Assembly (NCBI RefSeq): GCF_036588685.1
Contig: NC_086385.1
Coordinates: forward strand, 45,159,216 to 45,223,215
DNA: 64,000 bases
Direction of reading: 5' to 3'
DNA from: Mytilus trossulus
Taxonomy: Eukaryota
In this document: positions 40,303 to 53,182 of the stretch, piece by piece
Layout of the letters: each line of letters starts with the position of its first letter
Position numbering within the stretch: position 1 is the stretch's first letter
The notes under the pieces: generated by a model
What the model was told of the DNA's origin: nothing
Database searches by the model: none
The model's input: only the letters and a program-made list of their open reading frames with translations
Position numbers and translations under genes: made by a program

Positions 40303-43300
40303 TAGGTCTCTCCACTTTTCTGTGGAAAGACCTATTGTTTTTTTTTTGATTATTTTTTTTCTTCTGCCTAATTTTGTTCTTGCGATAAATATTTGTTTCG
40401 CAAATTGTCGCTTAGATATTTGGTATATGATATCGAACAGTTTATGTGCTTTTGAAATTCACCCTGCGTAATCAAGTACTTTTCTTTGAAGAAGTTATTT
40501 CCACAAACACTGTTTTCTTTGTGTCCACTACTCCTTTGCGACCGTAAAAGATAACGACAAATTTATTTTATAAAATTGCTCGTTATATCCTTCGCATGAT
40601 TTGTCCTATTTTGACCAAAGCAATATGAACGCTCCATATTAGAGTTATTTCCCCTTATGCATTTGATATAAGTGATATGCATTTGATATAAGTGATATGC
40701 ATTTCTATCTTGTAAACCATAAGTGATAGAGACCTCGGATCTTTTGATTTGAGGTCCTTGGTCCAAAAAAATAGAAGAAAATTAGGTCAAGGTCATATTC
40801 TAGTTTTTGAATTTGGCTTATTTTCACTTATTCCCCAAAACCGTATAAGATATTAACAAATTGCTTTTTCATAATTGTTAGTTGCGATATGTTGTGACAC
40901 GTAAATGTTGATTGCAAGGGTATGTTGAATGTAAAAGGGAGTGTTCTCCCCTCTTGTGTTTAGAAATATGCGTAAGGTTATATAACTCATTAACCAAATA
41001 TAATTAAGACCTATGGTCTTTTGATTTAAGGTCCTTGGTTTATGACCTTGAAATTGATCTCAAGGTCATTGTTTAATTTGACTTTCTAGATTTTGACCTT
41101 TGCCTTTACCTTATATGTATACATGATAAAGCCATGTGACGTTTGGCAAAAGGTATCAAACCATTTAACCTTGAAAATAACAACCGGAAGTGACCTATTT
41201 TTTGTACTTTATTAATATTAAAGTATATAGAACCAGATATTTTTGGAATCAGTGTCAAATAAATATTCAAATAATATCGTAACATTTTTCAAACCGGGAG
41301 TAGCAAATTATCTCCCTGATTTAAAAAATATTGTATAGAGACCATATATTTTTTTGTAATCAGCGTACACTAAGCTATCATTTGACATTTTAAACTTATT
41401 TTTTCCAACTTTCATATTAAAATACATTGTTTTTGGTGAAAATGTATACATTATCAACTGATTTACCATAGACATTATGTGTAAGTAAAGGCAACAGTAG
41501 TATACCGCTGTTCAAAACTCGTAAATCTATGGACATAAAATAAAATTGGGGTAACAAACTAAAACTGAGGGAAACGGCATAAATATAAGAGGAGAACAAC
41601 GACACACCATTAAAATGTAACACACACAGAAACGGACTAAGCATTAGACAAAATCCGATGAAAGTGATATTCAAAAAGCGGTAGCAATCTTAAAACTTAT
41701 CCGAAAGGTTCCAAATATAATGTGTGTCGTTTTCATATCTAAAGCATTGATTTGAGACGAAAATAAAAAAACATTTTTTTGAATTTTTTGAGATATAAAA
41801 AAAAGTTTTTTTCCCAAAAATTTGAAAAAAAATTATTTTAACCCATTAGTTACAACATGAATATAATTTAATTAATATATTGAATATTTTTAAACAAATT
41901 TGAAATTTTATATAGTACTTAGAAAATTATGTGTCGATTTTTTATTCAACTTTCCGCAAACCTAATTTGCACCCTATGATCGTTTACACAGAATTTAGAT
42001 ACTTTCCGACAAGTTTCGATTTTCATTATCACATGTGCAAACATTGCAAATGAAAACTTTTTAAAATAGTGTATCTCATTTTGTTTTCTATTTAAAATAC
42101 TTTTTGATCAATTTTATTTCAAAGTCGTGTATCGTTTCTTTTGTTGACTAGTATATTTTCATTTTAAGAGTTATCTCCAACACTGTTTTTCTAGTGTACA
42201 AATCTCCTTTGCAACCGTTAAAGATTACGACAAATCTATTTCAACAATTTGCTCGTTTTATCGGTGATTCGTATATTTTCCCTTAGATTTTACTGGCTTA
42301 TATTGTCGAGTATCAACGTACTGGCTGTATCACTGAAAACATTAGGCAATACATTGTGTGACATCATAATTACCGATAAACAGAATAATATGTAGTTTCG
42401 TTTTTGATACTGACTATATCATGTGGAATATCTCAACTCGCCCTAACGGGCTCGTCTAGATATTCCATATGATATAGTCAGTATCAGAAACGAAACTACC
42501 TATCATTTTATATTATATCTTCAGGATCATAAAAATATTTTTGACTGAAGCAGTACAGAGACAATATATGGGAGTTATTTCCCCTTTTGTATTTTTAAGA
42601 AAAAAAAATAGTTGTTGCTTGTAAACCATAAGTGATAAAACCTAAGGGTCTTTTGATTTGAGATCCTTGGTTTTAAAAAAAATAGGATCAAGGTCAAACA
42701 TGTCAAAGGTCAATGTCATTTCTAAATTTAGGTTTTAGCTTATTTTCGCCACTTTTCAGGCACATTTTTTTGCTTCATTGTTAGTTGCGACATGTCGTAA
42801 CACATACATATTGGTTTAAAGGATTCGCTAACATAAAATAAGAGTTTTCTCCCCTGTTTGTTTAAAAATATGCATATTATAATATAACTCATGAACAAAA
42901 TATTATTATGATCAAGGGTCTTTTGATTTGAGGTCCTTGGTTAATAAAATTGAAATTGAGCTCAAGGTCATAGGTTAAATTGACGTTCTAGATTTTGACA
43001 TTTGCTTTTACCTCATATGTAAACATGATAAAGCCATGGGACTTTTTACTGTAAGTTGCAAGTCATATGACCATAAAAAAGGAACCGGAAGTCACCCTGT
43101 GTAAACCGGAAGTAACTATGTTTTGTACTTTTTGAATGTAAAAGTATATAGAACCATATATTTTTGGAATCAGTGTCATTTAAACAGTTAAATAGTACCG
43201 GAATTAACAAATGTTCTCCTTCATTTAAAAAATATTGTATAAAAATCATGAATGTTTTAAATCAGCGTACTGTTAGCTATCATTTGACCCTGTAAATGAC

Positions 43301-43380
43301 ATTTTAAACCGAATTTTTACTATTTTCATATCAAAATACTTTTTTGGTGGAAAGACCTTCAATTGTTCTCTGAACAATTT
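40303..43380 (+). mobile_element. Helentron-associated (HINE/DINE-like) non-autonomous element with an internal ~1-kb direct repeat and nested insertions
   Basis: 5' hairpin aggtctctccac/gtggaaagacct (40304-40333), the same 12-mer at 43347-43358, and a 3' stem-loop aattgttc-tct-gaacaatt (43361-43379). About 40465-41440 is repeated at about 42150-43350. Confidence 0.65.
42392..42499. repeat. 108-bp near-perfect palindrome
   Basis: gtagtttcgtttttgatactgactatatcatgtggaatatct...agatattccatatgatatagtcagtatcagaaacgaaactac. Confidence 0.9.
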
Positions 43381-45525
43381 GTTTTTAATTGTTAATTGAA
43401 ATGTTGGCAAACTAGGATTTATAAATATTGACGGTCTATAAAAAGATCTGGCTGAATTATGACGTTTGAAAGTTAATTACTAGAAACATGATTATTTGAT
43501 CAAGTTGTAATTGGCATAGCAATTACTCTCAGTAACGGTTTGTACTCTCCGATCTGAACTTTTAGCAATAAGCATGTTTGGTTCTATTTGTTATCGTTGT
43601 ACGTTGCGTAACACTTTTCAACAGTTGAACAAATGTGTAAAGTGTGTTCATATGTTGTGCTTTTTATTCCACTGTCACAGGTTAGGGGAGGATTGGGCGC
43701 CCGCAGACATGTTTCACCTCGCCATATTTTGCAATCACACACCCCATTAAGTTTGATATAATACTTGTTTATCTTGATGACCATGTAAATAATAAGTCAT
43801 TTTAATCTTATTGATTACTTGTTTTTGAAATAATAATTACAAATTATTTTGAAAAACATGGAACAAGCGGCCAACGACTAAAGCCTTACTGGGCAAATTC
43901 ATAATATAGCAAAAAAAGAAGTAAATAATGCATAGTTCAATTAACAGACAAACGCATATATTTACTTCAATACACAACTTACCTTCGAAAATATTTAAGA
44001 TAAGTAGCAATTCTTGCATAAATGCTTACCTTAAAAACTATGTCGAAAAAATGATTCCACAACAGAAAGTATTGACCTTAGATACAGTATTTTGTTGACA
44101 CTAACAACACACAAAGAAGTAAAATGTATAAGTAATGAATAGCTACACATTTAAATGTCGTTTTAAAATACCCTGACATTTTTTGTCATATATGTGTATC
44201 GTTCGATACGAATGACGTAATCATATGCAGTCTACAAAATAGTTCATTGTCTGCTTTATTACATGGTCTAAGGTTTACATAATGTAAAGCGAGATAACCT
44301 TTCTTGTCTCATTTATTTTAAATTAAAGGATAAACTACAAGGTATAAATTTATTTTCTGTCCAAAACGGCTATACCTTTTCACGTCCATTTTTAACGACC
44401 TGACCTAAGCCTCATTAAGGCTTCCATTTTTCGCAGCAGAACTATAAGAGGAAAGAGGGACAACCAAACTCATTGATTGAAAATAAACTGACAACGCCAT
44501 GCTAAAACAGAAAAAGACAAACAGAAAAAATTGATATTAAAACACAAGACCCAACATGGAAAACTAAAGACTTAGCTCCACGAACCCCACAAAAAACGTG
44601 GGGTGATTTCAGATGCTCCGGAAGGGTATGCAGATCCTACTCTACATATGGCGCCCATCGTGTCGCTCATGTTATTACAAACCCAGAAATTAGTATAAAT
44701 CGGTAGGTGACATCAAAGATATAGGTTTTTGTTATGCTTTTTTATTATATAAAAAATGATATTGACCACTGATTATTGAATGCTGATGAATGAACAAACA
44801 ATTGATTTAATCACCTATATAAAGTTACACAATAAAATATGATAAATTCCGAGACCGGCTAACTTGGACGTTGAATCGAATTCAACTCTTCGAAAATTCC
44901 TGTGGTTTTCAGACAAATAACAAAATAATATGTTTTGGTTTTAAATTACCAAAAAAATCTGTAAAATAAAATAAAAATTGTTCTTAAAGACCTAAGATTG
45001 CTAATTTTTATTTGTTCTGGTAACTCTTATTGGAACAGAAAACTATATGAAGCACAAAAAGGAATCACAACAAGATACGAAAAGGGTTAAGTTGATCGAA
45101 TTATTTCCCCCTTGCGATTATCATTATTGAGTATTCAAAATCTTTCATTCATATCATTTGAAACCTTTCACATAATATATTGGATCGCATCTACAATAAC
45201 CAGGTAAGTAATCAATTTACATGTAGTACCATACCATCTAGATAGGATATAAAAAAAAACACTTTGTAACGCATTTAAAAGGTTTCGACCGATACCAACT
45301 TTTACTAATGAAAAAAAAAATGAAAAATATATGAAAAGGGTGACGCGGAGAAAACTCATCAAATTCCAAGTATTTGTACCATTACATGTAGAATGGATGT
45401 AACGCGTCTTCTGATAAGCTGGCATGCTTTGTCTATTAGCGCATACACATAATTTTATCATACATGTCATATGACAGTGACGTCAACAACGTTTTTTTTC
45501 ATAATTTACCGCGATTTAAATTATC

Positions 45526-45678
45526 AGGAATGAATGTAATATTTTGTTTGTCTATTCGAAATAACACCATAATGTGGTGCACACTTTTATTTACCCGCTA
45601 CACGAGTTAATCAGTGTGCACCACATTTTTATGTTTTTTCTTCATAGAACGAAAACAATATTACTGACATTCCTTAAA
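45526..45678. mobile_element. Palindromic foldback element (other copies about 54143-54300 and 59567-59682)
   Basis: aggaatga.tgtaat...ggtgcacact...cgctacacg...agtgtgcacc...attactgacattcctt, adjacent to a ccaatcagaagacgcgt-type arm in other copies. Confidence 0.7.
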
Positions 45679-47024
45679 TACCGAACAAGTACTTTTACTA
45701 GTATCAATTGATAGTTTGCGTTACTTTAAACTGTTTTAACAAGTTTCTACTAAAGATGTGCAATAATTCATTTGTAATGTAGCTGGTTGATGTCTTTAAT
45801 CATGGCTAAGATGAGAATCTGTCCAAACTAAATATGTAGGCATTTGGATGGCTATTTTAACTAACTGAAGCAGGATGAAGTTACCATCCATTTGTTTACG
45901 GCTTACCCTTTCAATTAAAGGACACATCGTTGGAACGATAAACCATCCAGTCATTTCATAAAGATTTAAATGAACAGTTTATCCTTTTCTTCATTATTTG
46001 TTCTCTGCTAGAAATTAGAAGATTAAATCTTATTCAACTTCAGCAGTAAAACTGAATGCCGACGAATTATCAAAATTGAATGGTTAATTGCAAAAAAAGG
46101 ATATCACACCTTTAAAATAAAGCCGCACTCGCACATTCATTAGTTTGTGATGTCAGAGGAAGCAAATCATTCAGCCAATATGCTGCAAAGGTATTTCTCC
46201 AGATCTTCACAATGTTTCAACCGACGTGATAGAAGAAAACGTTTTAGGGAACATGTAATTATGGAGTACACTGTAGGTTTGGTGTTACCCTATTGATTAT
46301 ATTTGATGTATATTATGAATTTAATTTTAGGTCGTAATCACGAATTGACGAACTTGTTTTTTGTGCTTTTTTTACATTCCTCCTCCCTAGTAAAATATCT
46401 TCAAATGTTTGGTCGAAATTTAAATATTAAACGTTTTAAACAACACTCATTTATAGATACCAGGATTATTTTTTTTATTTACATATGTACGCCAGATGCG
46501 CGTTTCGTCTACAAAACACCCATCAGTGACGCTCGAATCAAAAAATGTTTTAATTGTTTCCATTGGAGAAACATCGTATATAACTTATGATATTGGAAAA
46601 TTGTGTTAGCGTGGTCCTAATTTTCTGACTCATGATTCTTTATTTTTAGTCAATAAATAGTATATCGTAAAAATGTTATTCGACTTTGATTTCGATATTT
46701 TAACCCAATATAATTATGCTGTGATTTTTTTTCAGTCAGTGCGCTCATTTACTTACTAAAACAAAAACCTAAACAAAATGGTATTCTTTTCATAAAATAT
46801 ATATATCATTGCTATGCAATTTCAGTTACTCTTCTGTTTTTTTTTACCAGAGCTACTGCTTTAGTAATTAGCATGTAGGAAACAAAGAGCAAAGAACACA
46901 CACGTTCTTAAGATGTGTCGGTACCAAATAGATGACCACAATTATACTTTATTAACCGAACGTGACAAACCTTAAGACTTATCTAACATTCAAAGTCACG
47001 TTGAAGGACACTCTTGTAAGGTAC

Positions 47025-47033
47025 ATATATAAA
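47025..47033 (+). promoter_or_regulatory. Candidate TATA box of secreted gene A
   Basis: atatataaa about 30 nt upstream of an Inr-like atcatt and about 100 nt upstream of ATG|GTAAGT. Confidence 0.55.
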
Positions 47034-47129
47034 GAGGAACTATAGGTGTGATAATCATTATATACATTGATAGAACCACGACACGAAATTATTATTTATC
47101 GTAGTTAAATTTAAAATCCGTACTGCAAT

Positions 47130-50100
47130 ATGGTAAGTCCACAGCTTAAGATAATCATATATTTCCCCTCAGAAACTCTCTACACGTACATATAAAGGTT
47201 GTTTTTTTTATGAAAAAAGCTAAGTTTTGGCTGACTTGTGATTTTTTTTCATACGTGTTGATGTTTACAAATGTACAACCAATTTTTAGTTTAATTGAAA
47301 TGTTAGGTGTAATAGCATAAGTCTATCAATGCCAATATTTGCTAATATAACACAGCATATAAAGTAGCAAGCTATATCTACATGAAGGATTTAGAAAAAT
47401 ACTCATAAACATTCATTAATATTGCAGGTTTTGATCACTTCTGTTTTGTCTTACTCATGTTTAATACCATAATTTTGTTTTCTTAACCTTTTGTTAGAAA
47501 ACTGGAAAATATTACAGGGATTTGGAAAACCTTCTTATGCTTCTGAGAGTATAGAATAACTGCAATATAAGTGCAGCGAACTGTTTTAAACACATAAAAA
47601 TGTTTATTTAATTTCTGCTTAAAAAGTGTTAAATGGATACCTTACAAATTTATCATCTGTTTTTTTCGGATCATTACGGAAAATTGAAAATAGAAAAGGT
47701 GGAAATTTCTCTTCTTGTCTTACATGTACAACTATCAGACATGGAGAAAAATGATTGTTCATTATCATATTGTTAACAAGATTTTTAAATACCTTGATAT
47801 CTGTTTGAGTTTCTCCAACTAGAACATTTTAGAGGAGATAACCTGCAATTTGATATCAGTCTAACCAAAAGTTATTTCTCAAATTACCTGAAACACAGAA
47901 ACGACAGACCTTACATTTCTAACTCACAGTGAGGGTACTAGAAAATAGGATTGTTTTTTTTTCGGCCATAATTTGATACTCCTCTAAATTGAATGATTTT
48001 TCAAAGACTGACACTCAATATCATTATAACATAGAAGAAATAAGTTCTTTCCCTGCTAAACCTTTTAGTTATTTTTACTGTTCGAAAAAAAATTACAGGA
48101 CGTATTATCGCATACAAATGTCCGGCGTCCGTCTGTCTGTCTGGCGTAAACTTGTCACACCGTAACTTGAGAACAATTTTTTAAAATTTCATGAATCTTA
48201 ACATGGTTGTTTCTTATGATGGTCAAATGATCTGTTTACTCTCTCGTGAAAATCATATTGAAACTTTTTTGAGTTACGGGACTTTTTAACTAAAAAAGGG
48301 TGTTTTTTTTTAACATGTCGCACCGTATCTCAAAAACGAGTTATGATTATTGCTAAAAACTTTACACACTTCTTACTTATATTTATCTGAAGATCTGTAT
48401 AATTTGTGATGATGATTTAAAATTTTATTTTAGAGTAATTGAATTTTTTTGTAAGAAAAAAAAGGGGGGTCACATGTCGCGCCGTAACTCAGAAAATTAT
48501 GATTATTACATAAAACTTCACACACAAAACGACGGGCATATCATGCACTCGTGGCGCAGCTGTTTATTCTACATGCTCTACGATAAACTAGCATTTACGA
48601 TTATATCTTGAATGGTTTTATGTATATCAGCCCTGCTATTTACAGGGATACTAAACATGTGGACAAGAGTTGCTCCCAAATATTTTCAATGTGAATCATA
48701 TACATACATATAGAATAAGTAACCGTGAATAACAAATCTTAATTTGAATGGGAAAAACTCTGAAACTATTTACCTTTTCTCTTTAGATGAAAAATACTCT
48801 ATTTTTGTGGGCTGTTTTATGTTTTGTACACGAAACCGTAGGTAAGTTTGAAAACTTTTACAAATTTTAAACCATTATCAATAATATATAAACTATTATT
48901 ATGTATGCTACCATGATATTTAATATTTGCAAACATACCCATCCAACATGAAAGGTTGTGCAAAATTGATTCAGGATTTGAAATTGGTTTAATATTCAAT
49001 CCACCAATGAATATGAGCTTGAATAATGTTGTATTTGCATGATGTAGATGGTCCAAGACCACAGTAACGTCCTTTGTCCTAGTGTGGACAGTGTGTTGCA
49101 GTGTGTAACTTCCAAATCTATTTCTCCATGTTTTATGCATTAAATAGCAAGTGAGGGGGGGGGGGAATAAAATTACACTGAAAATCAAAATAGGTCACGA
49201 ATTTTAAAGATGTCAGTTTGTTTTAGATTTATGAGTTTGACTGTCCCTTTGGTATCTTTCGTCCCTCTTTTAAAGTAAAGTAGTGATTTAGTCCAGCTGA
49301 AAAAGTTTTAAAAGGTTAGAACTTCGGAAGCTGTCAAAAGATTTCGAGACCCCTATAAGATAACATTTTCAATATTAAGAGTTAGATCCGATAAAGTTTT
49401 CTTTTAGTTTGTTCTCATTAGTCCCAAAAGTAATACAACACACTGTAAACATATTATCAAGAAAGCGCAGGAGGATTTTTTTTTCAATTTTCATTTATTG
49501 TCTAAAAGAAATGCCCTACTTAACTGTGACCAAATATAAGAAGAAGTCATGTTCCTATTAACAGAATATCATTCGGCAGTCCTCGGAAGAATCCGTTACT
49601 CTCCTTTTATCGTGAGATGAGGGTACGGAATCGGCCGAGTTGATACGAATGCAGAATATGTTTGATTGAAAACATGATTAAGTCGATAATTTTATTTTTA
49701 TAGGGATCAAAAGGTTTTTGTTTGACAACAGCTGTGAAGAGGGAGAACGACGTTGGGAAAAATGCTACGGGTGTATCTGTAAGCATGAACAACATTTAGG
49801 TATGTACATAACATAGACACTAGAAGATGTGATATGATTGGTCAATTAAAAGATGTGATATGATTGGTCAATTAAAAGATGCGATATGATTGGTCAATTA
49901 AAAGAACATTCAATTACCCATGATGTAAATAATAATAATTCATTGCATGGCCTTCAACAATAGACCAAGTTCATATTTTATATTTAGAGTGAGGTATACA
50001 AAGGAAAGAGATGCCTATAACAGTTTCACAAAAATCCACTTCACCAGAAGCGAATTTCATAAAAAAAAATTATCGATGATTCAGAAAAATCCAATGCCTA

Positions 50101-53100
50101 TTACATGTAACAAAGATTTGAATCAAACTGGAATCAATTCAAAAGTGAAAACCAACTGTTTTTTTGTAAATTGGTAGAATAAAACCTAAATATATTGCTT
50201 TACATTTCAATGATAAGTGGCTTATATGGTACATATGATATGCAGCTTGAACCAGTTCTTGCTCCTACTAAAATCGGCCAGCAACTGAACTCGGACATAT
50301 AAATAGTTAGAACAATACACGAAAACCAAATTTTAACTTAAGAGTAATGTAACGATTTACTTGAAATTTAAAGTGTTTTCATTTAATATTTAATTCATTT
50401 CTTTAGAGTGTTTAGATTGCCATAGATGTAAAGGTCTGAGCTGTAATGGTGAGGTTTTTTTTTTATGTCATAGTCTCCTTATTATACACACATTCTGACT
50501 AAAATATAGATTCGGTGCATTTTCTTTCTACTATGAAGAAGAACTTTCGGATTTTCTAGCTTCATCGAATTATTACTCACCTTGAACAATTTGAAGGGCG
50601 AAATCATATTGGCTTATGTAATAATTATAATAAAAGAAATTAAAACTAAGTGTTGTGAAATCTTTTTCAGCAAAACTTAAACACATTATCTGCTTTAAAA
50701 AAAAAATGTCATACGAAAACTCTATTTCGCACGAGTCTGGTTCGACACATAGACAGTAGTTGTATTGATAGAATATGGTACATGTAACTGGCTAAATACA
50801 CGTAGAACTAGCTTAATTGCGGTTCTTAAATTTGATCCTGACATAAATACACCTTCGCATTGTGTAAAAAGTGTAAACAAAAAAACATTGGTATGATATT
50901 CTGAGGACTAACATTGAATTTTAAGCAGATTTTATAAACTCACAGACACTGGTATCTGAAATAGTTTTCCTTTATATTTGGTTATACATAACATGTGCAA
51001 CAAGCACTATGTCTTGTATCTGTATTGTTACATGATAACTATAACATAATTGAGATACTCAAATCTATTTTTTTTTAAATGATTCTCGATTGAAAACTTC
51101 CGTTATATTTAGATTCCTCGGTTGTCTATCCGACCGAAACTAAATTTATTTTAAACTATCTAAACAATGGTGTATAACACGCATATATATGTCTATTTCC
51201 GGAATCATTCGCGGATCAAAATATGACGGCAGTTTGCGACCGAGTATCGTTTCTTAAAAATGCTAGTTGGGTACTTTGTGTTATATAAAGTTTTATTCTA
51301 TAGATTATTATGTTTTCAGAGACAAGATATAAAAAACAAATTGTTAACTTAAATCATAAAGTATTTTTTTGTTACATTTTAGATCAAACAGAAGCACCAA
51401 AGACTCATGCTCCTCATATAACTCATGCGCCACATGCAACTCATGCACCACATAAAACTCATGCACCAGTTGTTACCCATGCACCACATACCAGTACATG
51501 CGACATCGTTGCTGTTTTTGATGCCGTTGCAAGAAATCAATTTGTCAATAACTCACGAGCTGCACAATGTCCTAACGATGGTCGCCATGATAACGATGCT
51601 TTAGTTATGACACTTTGCAACGCCCCTGTGAGTTCTAAATGGGTTGAAGGCGAACAGGTAATTCACAACAGACTTTAAGATACAAACAATTATCGATCAC
51701 GTGGTCACGTGAAATACCCGTATCGTAACCATAATATGTTTGATAAATCACGTTAAATTATTCATTTTGAAATAAAATATAACAACTTTAAGCTAAGACT
51801 TCAAGATAGAAGCGAAAAATATCAATGGGATAGTTTGACTCATTAATCGAAACTATCTGACAATACTTTGGTAAAAAACGAAAAGCGACTAAAAGAAAAA
51901 AAAAAGTACACAAAACACAACACAGTAAACTAAAGACTGATCAATAAGAACCTCAACCATAAACCGCGGGGGAGGGGTGATGTCGGGTTCTCTGGAAAGA
52001 GGCACAAAGTTGTTCGTGTAATAACTCTAATTCGGTCATATCTGAATAAAACAGGATGGGATTATAGTAACGTCGTTATCTGTGAAATAGATACTAGTAC
52101 TTTATACGTGTATTTGGTTTTATTCGATATATTTCATACGGATGTCTTTTTAAACGCTTTCATAACTTTTATAGGTACTTTTAAGGAATGGGACGTGCTC
52201 AAAATTAGCTAAACCATACACACCAGTATTTTATCATCCACGACGAAATGTAAGACAAGCAGGCATACTTATATCATGTGATGGAAATGAGATCAGGGTA
52301 AGTATTGAACTTAACATTTTTTATTCATGTCATGTATAAAAAAATATTCTTGAAGATAATATAAATAATAATTAGTACAAAATAAAAATTAAAAGATGCG
52401 TTGTAATTTCTAATGGGAAAACTCACCACTTGGACCTGTACATGTGTAAATATTTACAGTGCATGGTCAAATTGAGAATTGAAACAGGGAATGTGTCAAA
52501 TAGTATTTAAACAACCCGACCAAAGAGAAGGAAAGAGCTCAATGGGTCTGCAAAATAGCAAGAAAATCTCCCACCTGGAGTCGGGCTCCAGCTGGCTTCG
52601 ATTTCAAAGAGTGTGAAGGTTCAGTGGAAATGGACGTCATTTTAAACTCTTTAAAAAAACATATATATATATATATAAATGAACCAATAAGAAAAAATAA
52701 AAAAGTCCATAGATTCCTGACTAGAGACATGCGGGAAAATGTGGTGGCATTAAACATAAACATGTTATAGATATAGGAAGATGTTGTATGAGTGCCAATG
52801 AGACAACTCTCTGATTGGTCTCAGAAGTTACAAGCCAGTCAACACTGAGTTTGTGAGTTCGAATCCCGCTCTTGCGGGTGCACTCGACTCCAATCTAAAT
52901 TGATTAAGATTGTCAGATTTCCTATCGAAGGTTGGTAGTTTTTAAAAGGAACTCCGGCTTCATCTACCAATAAAACTAGCCAACACGAAATAGCATAAAT
53001 GCGGTGCTTAAAAGCGGCGTTAAAACAACAAAAATCAAATCAAATGAAATTAATGTTTTATATTATTTTATCTTTGTTATTTTGTTTTATAGGTTTTCCA

Positions 53101-53182
53101 TCAAGAATGCGATACTACTCCAGAAGTTAGGCATGTTGAAGCAGAACCACTCGATAAAATATATATATTAACATGGACTTGA
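47130..53182 (+). CDS. Secreted protein A, 195 aa: signal peptide + Cys micro-exon + (xTHAPH)5 linker + Tae2/Dae2-like domain lacking catalytic residues. Exons 47130-47132, 48787-48841, 50407-50448, 51383-51657, 52175-52297, 53093-53182
   Basis: All introns are GT-AG with compatible phases (0,1,1,0,0); 588 nt open. ATTAAA follows immediately at the stop. Protein: MMKNTLFLWAVLCFVHETVECLDCHRCKGLSCNDQTEAPKTHAPH...CDIVAVFDAVARNQF...GRHDNDALVMTLCNAPVSSKWVEGEQVLLRNGTCSKLAKPYTPVFYHPRRNVRQAGILISCDGNEIRVFHQECDTTPEVRHVEAEPLDKIYILTWT. The family assignment is from recalled motifs only. Confidence 0.85.
48075..48565 (+). mobile_element. HINE/pearl-like element with a (gtcy)n microsatellite and ~160-bp internal repeats, in intron 1 of gene A
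   Basis: gtccggcgtccgtctgtctgtct followed by units starting tgtc(a/g)c(a/g)ccgta at about 48153, 48316 and 48475, with a short GC-rich 3' stem remnant. Confidence 0.6.
49824..49903. repeat. 27-bp tandem repeat, 3 copies (aagatgtgatatgattggtcaattaaa)
   Basis: Read directly from the sequence. Confidence 0.9.
52810..53045 (+). mobile_element. tRNA-derived SINE in the last intron of gene A
   Basis: B-box gttcgaatcc (52857-52866), body ...actccggcttc...accaataaaact...gcggcgttaaaac, and an (aaatc)n tail. Confidence 0.7.

Noticed and set aside
38355-47130. Functional coupling of the BTB cluster and the secreted-protein cluster through a shared bidirectional promoter
   Set aside because: The start codons are more than 8 kb apart and separated by several TEs; adjacency alone is not evidence.
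51400-51489. 'THAP' peptide repeats as a THAP zinc-finger domain
   Set aside because: The match is only a coincidence of letters. There is no C2CH THAP signature, and the protein is predicted to be secreted.
52850-52890. tRNA gene
   Set aside because: Only a B-box is present, with no cloverleaf, and it is followed by a SINE body and tail.
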